Position numbers and translations under genes: made by a program
Assembly (NCBI GenBank): GCA_964617195.1
Contig: CAZTVK010000017.1
Location: forward strand, 38,192-102,191
Direction: 5' to 3'
DNA: 64,000 nt
From: an uncultured Methanosarcinales archaeon
GTDB taxonomy: Archaea; Nanobdellota; Nanobdellia; Woesearchaeales; ARS49
Shown here: positions 51,991 through 58,958 of the stretch, in pieces
How the letters are laid out: each line of letters starts with the position of its first letter
Position numbering within the stretch: the stretch's first letter is position 1
Notes under the pieces: generated by a model
Databases searched by the model: none
What the model was told of the DNA's origin: nothing
Seen by the model: only the letters and a program-made list of their open reading frames with translations

Positions 51991-52546
51991 TTTCAGTTTT
52001 TACTTCCTCAACTTTCTTCTTTCTCGGAGCGCGCGGCTTTTTCAAAACAGTCTTATCAGCAGGAGTTTCAGCTGAAACTTCCTTCGGAGCCTCCTTAGGC
52101 CTGACTGGCAGAACGATGCCTTGCTCTTTCATGATTTGGTTAGCAGTAACTTCCAATAAGTGCTGGCCCCTTGGCGTGATGATTCTTCCTTTATGCACTC
52201 CTTTGACTGCAGTTTTTGCAAGACCAGACTTTTCCAATTGCTGTAGAATTTTACGAATGTGATTTCCAGCTGCAGGGAACACGTGCTCAGGAGCCATACC
52301 CATATTCTTCCTTCCACTGAACTTATTGCGCAACTTCTGCGTGCCAACAGGACCAAGAATGAACAATTTCCTCAAAATAGAAGCAGCACGGATGTACCAC
52401 CAGTCCAATTGGACAGGCGCACGCTCACGGCTAATACCAGTCTTAACGAAAGGCGCCCAAGCTGCAGGCTTAACCAACGGTTCCTTTTTCAGTTCCTCAG
52501 CAACACGATGAACTAACTGTGTTGCGTCAACATCATATATTCCCAT
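51965..52546 (-). CDS. rps19e: 30S ribosomal protein S19e with charged C-terminal extension
   Basis: MGIYDVDATQLVHRVAEELKK...PAWAPFVKTGISRERAP...DWWYIRAASILRKL. ATG at 52546 after GAGGT. Its 3-prime end overlaps the rpl39e start by 26 nt. Confidence 0.9.
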   Translation of the reverse strand: MGIYDVDATQLVHRVAEELKKEPLVKPAAWAPFVKTGISRERAPVQLDWWYIRAASILRKLFILGPVGTQKLRNKFSGRKNMGMAPEHVFPAAGNHIRKILQQLEKSGLAKTAVKGVHKGRIITPRGQHLLEVTANQIMKEQGIVLPVRPKEAPKEVSAETPADKTVLKKPRAPRKKKVEEVKTENAEHQTSS

Positions 52547-52617
52547 AGTGTGACCTCGCGGTCTATCATGAATGACCTTGCGGTTCACTCAGAATATAAT
52601 ATGGGCACAAGGGGTGG

Positions 52618-52625
52618 TTTATAAA
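52618..52625 (-). promoter_or_regulatory. TATA box (TTTATAAA) upstream of the rps19e-rpl39e-rpl31e-cbf5 operon
   Basis: About 75 nt upstream of the ATG at 52546. Same 16-mer as at 50116-50131. Confidence 0.4.
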
Positions 52626-52633
52626 GATTTTGG

Positions 52634-52909
52634 TTACTTATCACAGAAATAAGCCAGACGAGGGTCGTCGTAATTCTTTCTAGTAACAATACGAATTGTA
52701 ACAGGATCAACTGCGTGCGCTATGAGGTCTTCAAATAATTCAGCAGTTTTCTTGTCAACTCCGGATTCCTTCAGAACAGCTGCAGCTTTCTTCGGAGTTG
52801 TTTCTGCCTGCATGTCATAATGATGAGGAGCCACCACATCCAATCTGACACGTTCAACAGGTGTGTCAAGCGCACCAGCAAATTGATGCAATCTAGTGAA
52901 ATAACTCAT
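52634..52909 (-). CDS. hypothetical protein, 91 aa
   Basis: Compact ORF with a TATA-like box centred about 27 nt upstream of the ATG. No family recognised. Confidence 0.5.
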   Translation of the reverse strand: MSYFTRLHQFAGALDTPVERVRLDVVAPHHYDMQAETTPKKAAAVLKESGVDKKTAELFEDLIAHAVDPVTIRIVTRKNYDDPRLAYFCDK

Positions 52910-52932
52910 GACTTTTCAAGAATCAGACATGT

Positions 52933-52940
52933 TGATAAAG
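52933..52940 (-). promoter_or_regulatory. TATA-like box (minus strand CTTTATCA)
   Basis: Centre 27.5 nt upstream of the ATG at 52909. The context AAATCTTTATCAAC resembles the 50119 and 52618 boxes. Confidence 0.35.
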
Positions 52941-52950
52941 ATTTCTAGCA

Positions 52951-53439
52951 TCAAGGATACAATTTCTCAATAACATGCGCCAATTCTGGGTGAATCATTT
53001 GGTTCTTCTTCACCATGTCGCGGACATCAGCGACACTGAACCACCTGCAGCCAGAAACTTCATCTTCATTAATTTTGAACGGGCCCTCTGAAATCCCCCT
53101 GAACACTTCCAAAAACTTGCGCATCTTATAATGATCATACGGACTCTCATGAATTTTAGTCAGCGGAATATCAATCCCAAGCTCTTCCTTCATCTCTCTC
53201 TTTCCAGCCTGCTCGTAAGTCTCGCCTTTCTGCACATGACCACCAGCAGAAGTAACCCAATGGCCCGGGCAAAACTCTTTTTTCGCGCTGCGCATCTGCA
53301 ACAAAATCTCTCCCTTCTCATTGAAAATAATAACGTGCACGATGCGATGATTCAAACGCTTCGCATAAACATCAGAATAAGGCGCAGACCCAACTATCTC
53401 ATTATTCTCATCAACAACATCCAACACTTCCTGCATCAC
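52951..53439 (-). CDS. Nudix hydrolase
   Basis: Nudix box GGHVQKGETYEQAGKREMKEELGI (Gx5Ex7REUxEExGU). Confidence 0.9.
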   Translation of the reverse strand: MMQEVLDVVDENNEIVGSAPYSDVYAKRLNHRIVHVIIFNEKGEILLQMRSAKKEFCPGHWVTSAGGHVQKGETYEQAGKREMKEELGIDIPLTKIHESPYDHYKMRKFLEVFRGISEGPFKINEDEVSGCRWFSVADVRDMVKKNQMIHPELAHVIEKLYP

Positions 53440-53504
53440 GTCACCTGTTTATCAAGAACGTACAAATAATTCATCTATATATTCTTTGCCCTAATACGAA
53501 AACA

Positions 53505-53512
53505 TTTTTAAA
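53505..53512 (+). promoter_or_regulatory. TATA box (TTTTTAAA), leaderless-type spacing
   Basis: Centre 26.5 nt upstream of the thrS ATG at 53535. Confidence 0.45.
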
Positions 53513-53534
53513 CAAACTACCCGCACAAAATAGT

Positions 53535-55436
53535 ATGCTCAAGCTAACACTGCCGGACGGAAAAGTACTGCAGCTGCCAGACAAAAGCACAGGAATGCAG
53601 GCAGCAGAAGCCATAGGCAAAAGACTAGCAAAAGACGCGCTTGCCGTAGAGATAGATGGAGAAGTACGCGACTTAATGCGGCCAATAGAAAAAGATTCAA
53701 AAATAAAAATTCTAACCTTTGCAAGCAAAGGCGGAAAAGACACGCTAAGGCACAGCACAGCGCACATCTTCGCACACGCAGTCAAACACCTGTACCCAAA
53801 CGCAAAACCAACAATCGGACCGCCAGTCGAAGAAGGATTCTACTACGACTTTGACGACTTTAAAATCACGCCAGACGACTTCGCAAAAATACAAACAAAA
53901 ATGCAAGAAATCGTGAATTCAAACTATCCCTTCGAAAGACACGAGTGGACTTTAGCAGACGTCAAAAAACACGAAGGAGACAACCCCTACAAACTAGAAC
54001 TCGCAAAAGAATTCCAAGAAAAAGGGTGGAAACTAACCGCGTACAAAGACGGAGACTTCATTGACCTTTGCGAAGGACCGCATGTTCCAACAACAGGTTA
54101 CGTGAAAGCATTCAAGCTCACAAAAATAGCAGCAGCACACTGGAGAGGAGACCAGGAAAACAAGCAACTGACAAGAGTGTACGGAATATCTTTCCCTTCA
54201 ACAAAAGAACTGCAAGACTACGAAACATTAATGCAGGAAGTAGAGAAAAGAGACCATCGCAAGATTGGCGCACAGTTAGACTTATTCATGACACATGAGT
54301 GGAGTCCTGGGTCAGTTTTCCTGTTTCCAAAAGGACAAATCATTTTCAACGAACTCGTGAATTTCATCCGCGAAGAATACTGGAAGCGCGGCTATCAAGA
54401 AGTGCAAAGCCCGCAAATGTACAACAAATCGTTATGGGAAGCATCAGGGCACTGGGCACACTATAAGGAAAACATGTTCTTAATGGACGTAGACGATGAA
54501 GAATTCTCATTAAAACCAATGAACTGCCCGGGGCACATACTAATGTTCAAATCGAAAACAAGAAGTTACAGAGACCTGCCAATCAGGTTTGCAGAATTCA
54601 CGGCATTGCACCGAAATGAAGTTAGGGGAACACTCGGAGGCATGACGAGAGTCAGACGATTGCAGCAGGACGACGCGCACATATTCTGCATGCCGGACCA
54701 AATCAAACAGGAAGTAAAAGGAGTATTGGAGTTTGTCAAATACCTCTATGAAGACGTTTTCAAATTCAGCTTCAAAGCAAAACTGTCAACCAAGCCGGAA
54801 AAAGCAATGGGAGCGCCAGAACTCTGGGAAAAAGCCGAAAAAGCGCTTGAAGATTCACTTAAGGAAGCCACAATACAATACGAAGTCAAGCCAGGAGAAG
54901 GAGCTTTCTACGGGCCAAAAATAGACATTGACGTCAAAGACGCGCTCGGCAGGGACTGGCAATTGGCGACGATACAAATCGATTTCCAAATGCCATTGCG
55001 CATGGGCGCAGAATATGAGGGGCAGGACAACACGAAACACCCGTGCGTAATGGTACACCGAGCAATACTTGGCAGCCTTGAACGCTTCATGGGAGTAATG
55101 ATAGAACACTACGCAGGAAAATTCCCGTTATGGCTGTCACCGGAGCAAGTGAGAGTACTATCTATAGCAGACAGATTCAATGCAGACGCGCAAAAACTAG
55201 TCGACGAATTACGCGCCCACCACATCAGAGCAACACTCGACGGATCAGCAGAAACAATCAACAAAAAAGTCAGAAACGCGCAAGTCGACCAAGTCAACTA
55301 TATATTAGTCTACGGAGAAAAAGAACAGCAAAGCAGCGCACTGCAAGTCAGAACACGAGACAACAAAGTCTTCGGACCAGTCCAAACAGAACAATTCACC
55401 AAAGACCTTCTAAAAGAAATCCACGAGAAAAAATAA
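53535..55436 (+). CDS. thrS: threonyl-tRNA synthetase, bacterial-type architecture (TGS + second additional domain + class II core + anticodon-binding)
   Basis: TGS-like N-terminus, HSTAHIFAHAV (HxxxH of the editing/SAD domain), class II motifs (FTALHRNE...GMTRVRRLQQDDAHIF, GAFYGPKID). Confidence 0.95.
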   Translation: MLKLTLPDGKVLQLPDKSTGMQAAEAIGKRLAKDALAVEIDGEVRDLMRPIEKDSKIKILTFASKGGKDTLRHSTAHIFAHAVKHLYPNAKPTIGPPVEEGFYYDFDDFKITPDDFAKIQTKMQEIVNSNYPFERHEWTLADVKKHEGDNPYKLELAKEFQEKGWKLTAYKDGDFIDLCEGPHVPTTGYVKAFKLTKIAAAHWRGDQENKQLTRVYGISFPSTKELQDYETLMQEVEKRDHRKIGAQLDLFMTHEWSPGSVFLFPKGQIIFNELVNFIREEYWKRGYQEVQSPQMYNKSLWEASGHWAHYKENMFLMDVDDEEFSLKPMNCPGHILMFKSKTRSYRDLPIRFAEFTALHRNEVRGTLGGMTRVRRLQQDDAHIFCMPDQIKQEVKGVLEFVKYLYEDVFKFSFKAKLSTKPEKAMGAPELWEKAEKALEDSLKEATIQYEVKPGEGAFYGPKIDIDVKDALGRDWQLATIQIDFQMPLRMGAEYEGQDNTKHPCVMVHRAILGSLERFMGVMIEHYAGKFPLWLSPEQVRVLSIADRFNADAQKLVDELRAHHIRATLDGSAETINKKVRNAQVDQVNYILVYGEKEQQSSALQVRTRDNKVFGPVQTEQFTKDLLKEIHEKK

Positions 55437-55443
55437 ACAAACA

Positions 55444-55451
55444 TTTATATC
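55444..55451 (+). promoter_or_regulatory. TATA box (TTTATATC)
   Basis: Centre 26.5 nt upstream of the ATG at 55474. Confidence 0.45.
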
Positions 55452-55473
55452 TAATCAAGCGATAATAGATAGC

Positions 55474-55950
55474 ATGAAAAGAGGACAGCAAAGCATAGCA
55501 CTTGTTCTTCTAGGAATAGTCGCAATCATCGCACTCATCGGATTAATACTTCTCGTCAAAAAAACGCCAACAGGAGCAGTCTACGGCGGACAAATACTCT
55601 GGAGCGGACCATTAAACTGGAACAACGTCTTCGGATTCACGCCAAACCTTGAATCAGCAGAATCATGGTGCCCCTACCACACAATAGAAGAAGGCGGATT
55701 CCTAGACGCAGTACAATTATGGGGCAAAGGAAATTACAGATGTTACGCAGTGCCTCCAGAAAGCGTGCCATCAATTTATTGGAATTACTTCCAGCACAGA
55801 CCAATCGCGTGCTTCGCAGAAGGAACACTCACAGTAAGCCAAGAAATAAAAGCAAAACTGCCTATCATCTGCAACCCTCCATCAGGAGCGTACAACCCAT
55901 TCCCACACCAAGGAATATCATACCCATACCAAGGCCCCACTTGGAGTTAA
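55474..55950 (+). CDS. type IV pilin-like protein (class III signal peptide)
   Basis: MKRGQQSIALVLLGIVAIIALIGLILLV: a short basic N-terminus, G-Q, then a hydrophobic helix. Shares the NYRCYAVP motif with the next pilin-like gene. Confidence 0.6.
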   Translation: MKRGQQSIALVLLGIVAIIALIGLILLVKKTPTGAVYGGQILWSGPLNWNNVFGFTPNLESAESWCPYHTIEEGGFLDAVQLWGKGNYRCYAVPPESVPSIYWNYFQHRPIACFAEGTLTVSQEIKAKLPIICNPPSGAYNPFPHQGISYPYQGPTWS

Positions 55951-55968
55951 TACAATACGTACACAACA

Positions 55969-55976
55969 TTTAAATA
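55969..55976 (+). promoter_or_regulatory. TATA box (TTTAAATA)
   Basis: 49 nt upstream of the ATG at 56025, with SD AAGGAGG between. Confidence 0.45.
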
Positions 55977-56024
55977 TCATATTCTCAATATTCTAATCAT
56001 ACATCAAAAAAGGAGGCTGAACAT

Positions 56025-56750
56025 ATGAAAAAGGGCCAAACAGGCATAGCATTAGTAATTCTCGGCGTAGTAGCCATCATCGCAGTCATCGGACTCGTAC
56101 TATTATTCACACGCGCAAGCAAACAAGCACAAGGCGCAGCACTACTTGATCTTTCAATCGGAAACTCATACGGAAGCGGACCGCAATACGGCGCTGAAGG
56201 AATATCAAACACATACCCAACAGAAGCATACGCTCCAGGAGTACCGCAAATAGCATATCCTGCTTACCGACCATACCCAGGCGGAGTCTCAACACGAGGA
56301 AGCAGAACACCTGCATTCATCATCAGCGGAAAATACGCATACGGAGGATTCGCATCAATTGAAGATTTATACGGTTGTGAAAGAGACCTGACAGTCGGAT
56401 CAAAAATCGGAGTCCCACACGACCAATTCAACTGCTACGCAGTACCAAACAAGGCAGGATCACAAGCAACAGGATTCTACCCACCAGACAGCGCAGCACA
56501 AGCAAGACCAAACCAAGATTACACTGGAAAACTCGGCGGAGACATGTACTGCTACGCGAACAGCCTAGGAGCTGAACAGCAAGTGCCAAACAGCGAAGAC
56601 CTGATCAGGGAGAACATCCTCATCACAGTTGTCGGAAACCCAACTGGACAGGAGAAATTTGACTGGACCGCAGTAAGCATTAATGGCGAAGACGTGCCAG
56701 TATGCTGGGTCAGCGCAAAAACCTTCCCATTCAACCAAGGATCAGAGTAA
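56025..56750 (+). CDS. type IV pilin-like protein (class III signal peptide)
   Basis: MKKGQTGIALVILGVVAIIAVIGLVLLF. QFNCYAVP motif. SD AAGGAGG. Confidence 0.6.
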   Translation: MKKGQTGIALVILGVVAIIAVIGLVLLFTRASKQAQGAALLDLSIGNSYGSGPQYGAEGISNTYPTEAYAPGVPQIAYPAYRPYPGGVSTRGSRTPAFIISGKYAYGGFASIEDLYGCERDLTVGSKIGVPHDQFNCYAVPNKAGSQATGFYPPDSAAQARPNQDYTGKLGGDMYCYANSLGAEQQVPNSEDLIRENILITVVGNPTGQEKFDWTAVSINGEDVPVCWVSAKTFPFNQGSE

Positions 56751-56752
56751 GT

Positions 56753-56760
56753 TTTTAAAT
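56753..56760 (+). promoter_or_regulatory. TATA box (TTTTAAAT)
   Basis: Centre 27.5 nt upstream of the pth2 ATG at 56784. Confidence 0.45.
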
Positions 56761-56783
56761 TCAGTTATTTTTTTCTCTTTTTT

Positions 56784-57134
56784 ATGACAGACTACAAGCA
56801 AGTAATTCTAGTACGCGAAGATTTGAAGCTGACAAAAGGAAAAATGTCAGCACAAGCAAGTCACGCATCAGTCGGAGCAGTTTTGAAATCGCACAAAGAC
56901 GACATTGCGAAATGGCAAGACCAAGGCATGAAAAAAGTCGTTTTGCGAGTCGCGGACAAAGAAGAATTGTACAAGTACAAACAACTAGCAGAAGACGCAG
57001 GACTGGTTGTCGCGCTCATAACTGACGCAGGACATACTCATTTAACGCCAGGCACTCCAACATGCGTTGGAATAGGACCGGACAAAGTAGAAAAAATAGA
57101 CAAAATAACTGGAAAGCTATCTCTTATCTCGTAG
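56784..57134 (+). CDS. pth2: peptidyl-tRNA hydrolase, archaeal Pth2 type
   Basis: KQVILVREDLKLTKGKMSAQASHASV...VVALITDAGHTHLTPGTPTCVGIGP. 116 aa. Confidence 0.95.
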   Translation: MTDYKQVILVREDLKLTKGKMSAQASHASVGAVLKSHKDDIAKWQDQGMKKVVLRVADKEELYKYKQLAEDAGLVVALITDAGHTHLTPGTPTCVGIGPDKVEKIDKITGKLSLIS

Positions 57135-57151
57135 TTACACCCACCGCAACG

Positions 57152-57159
57152 TTTATAAA
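57152..57159 (+). promoter_or_regulatory. TATA box (TTTATAAA)
   Basis: Centre 27.5 nt upstream of the rps6e ATG at 57183. Confidence 0.45.
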
Positions 57160-57182
57160 CACCCCTTCTGAACTCACGAGTT

Positions 57183-57575
57183 ATGGTCAGTTTCAAAGTT
57201 GTCATCGGCACCAAGGAAGGAAAGTGCGTGCAAAAAGACATACAAGAACCAGAAGCCAAGCTGTTCCTAGGCAAGAAAATAGGCGATGCCATAGCAGGAG
57301 ACAACATCGGACTGGCAGGCTACGAATTCCAAATTACGGGAGGAAGCGACTATTGCGGATTCCCAATGCGAAAAGACGTAGAAGGATTCGCACGCAAAAA
57401 AATACTCGCAGTAGAAGGCATCGGCTTGAAGAAAAAAGCAAAAGGAATCAGAATCAGAAAAACAGTCTGCGGCAACACCATTCATCCTAAAATTTCTCAA
57501 GTAAACCTCAAAATCACAAAAGAAGGCAAAGAGCCATTACAATTCCCAGTAAAAGCGGAAGAAAAGAAAGAGTAA
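57183..57575 (+). CDS. rps6e: 30S ribosomal protein S6e
   Basis: FKVVIGTKEGKCVQKDI...LAGYEFQITGGSDYCGFPMRKDVEG. 130 aa. Confidence 0.95.
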   Translation: MVSFKVVIGTKEGKCVQKDIQEPEAKLFLGKKIGDAIAGDNIGLAGYEFQITGGSDYCGFPMRKDVEGFARKKILAVEGIGLKKKAKGIRIRKTVCGNTIHPKISQVNLKITKEGKEPLQFPVKAEEKKE

Positions 57576-57580
57576 GCAAA

Positions 57581-57871
57581 ATGAATTCTGAAATAAAACC
57601 ATTGACGCTTGTAGAATTATGTGAACAAGAAATTCCGGATTCAGAAACAGTTTTAGCGACATTCAAAGACTATGCCACAATCGGCGCGGCAATCTCTCCC
57701 AGATCCATACGCGAAATCGTGGAAAAAACTTCATTTACGCGCGCACAACTTGAAGAAGCACACGCATACATGGTCCTGGGCAAAAACAAACAGCAACAAA
57801 TGCGAGAAACCAGAGCCGCATTAGGATATGAACAGGCAATCTTCTATCTGAGCACCAAACTCACCAGCTAA
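57581..57871 (+). CDS. hypothetical protein, 96 aa
   Basis: ORF 5 nt after rps6e. Helical. No family recognised. Confidence 0.45.
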   Translation: MNSEIKPLTLVELCEQEIPDSETVLATFKDYATIGAAISPRSIREIVEKTSFTRAQLEEAHAYMVLGKNKQQQMRETRAALGYEQAIFYLSTKLTS

Positions 57872-57894
57872 ATCTTTTTTAGAGTTCCGAAGAC

Positions 57895-57902
57895 TTTAAA
57901 TA
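57895..57902 (+). promoter_or_regulatory. TATA box (TTTAAATA)
   Basis: Ends 3 nt before the ATG at 57905 and lies 27 nt before the ATG at 57929, which argues for the downstream start. Confidence 0.45.
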
Positions 57903-57928
57903 CAATGCAAACTGTAAATCTTAAAAAG

Positions 57929-58834
57929 ATGGCAGACGAAGAACTCATCAAAAAATTTGTAGAACTACATTCTCAAACAGAACAACTGCTTAATCAGGAG
58001 AATCTCAAAGATGCCAAACAAAAATACCTCGCAGTCGTAGATGCTTACCACTTAATCGAAAAAAGCCAGCTCGAAAGATTCCACAAAGAACTCGCCCACG
58101 ACCAAGTAACACAACTATTCAAAAAAGTCAATGAAACAAGAGAAAGAGTAAAAGTGCCATGGCACCTGATAGCAGCAGGCTCGCTCATAATCGCGTTCAG
58201 CATCCTAGTCGTCATCAACCCAAGCATCGTCGGACTGGCAGGACTAGATAACATAATGAGAGACAAAGTAGACATCACATTCACACAATCAAAAATAAAC
58301 CAAGCCACACTGCAAGACAGGCCATTATCACTCTCAGCAAGCGGAGAATTTATTGGAAACGTTAAACTCTTCTACAAAAAAGGAGACAAACTAGAACTAC
58401 TATTCGACAGCCAGAAAAGCGCCAGCGAAAACGGAAAATTTATTGACATCTGCGAAGAAACATGCGAGATAAACTCGCAATCAAACACAGTTGAGCTGTT
58501 CGCGCAAGTAGAGCAAAACAGCAAGCTGACAATCACAGAACTCTCTTACGCAGTAGAAAGAAAAAGCAACACCCCGCCCTCCTGGACAGGCACAACACGC
58601 ACGTTCAAAGCAGAAAAAGGCAAAACAACCACAATAGACCTATCACGATACTTCACAGACGCAGAACAAGACCAGCTAACATACTTAAGCACATCAACAG
58701 ACGGCCTAGAAGTCAGCGTAGAAAACAGCAAAGTCACAATAACACCATCTGTCCAAGGCTCGAAAGGCATAGTATTCATCGCATCAGACCTACAAGACGT
58801 CACAAGAGTGCCAGTAACAATAGAAATCAAGTAG
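57929..58834 (+). CDS. single-pass membrane protein with extracellular cadherin/Ig-like domain
   Basis: Central TM WHLIAAGSLIIAFSILVVI. C-terminal NTPPSWTGTTRTFKAEKGKTTTIDLSRYFTDAEQDQLTY resembles dystroglycan-type cadherin-like domains. ATG at 57929 preferred because the TTTAAATA box (57895-57902) abuts the track start at 57905. Confidence 0.6.
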   Translation: MADEELIKKFVELHSQTEQLLNQENLKDAKQKYLAVVDAYHLIEKSQLERFHKELAHDQVTQLFKKVNETRERVKVPWHLIAAGSLIIAFSILVVINPSIVGLAGLDNIMRDKVDITFTQSKINQATLQDRPLSLSASGEFIGNVKLFYKKGDKLELLFDSQKSASENGKFIDICEETCEINSQSNTVELFAQVEQNSKLTITELSYAVERKSNTPPSWTGTTRTFKAEKGKTTTIDLSRYFTDAEQDQLTYLSTSTDGLEVSVENSKVTITPSVQGSKGIVFIASDLQDVTRVPVTIEIK

Positions 58835-58883
58835 TATTCTCTTCTAAGTAGTCTAACACTATACTATATGCCCTACAGCAACA

Positions 58884-58891
58884 TTTAAATA
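58884..58891 (+). promoter_or_regulatory. TATA box (TTTAAATA)
   Basis: 68 nt upstream of the ATG at 58959, with SD-like AGGTGGG / AGGGG between. Confidence 0.4.
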
Positions 58892-58958
58892 CCCAACTGC
58901 CAAACTTCCCTATAGAAAAAAAGGTGGGTTTCATATACCAATCACAGGGGTTTCATAT

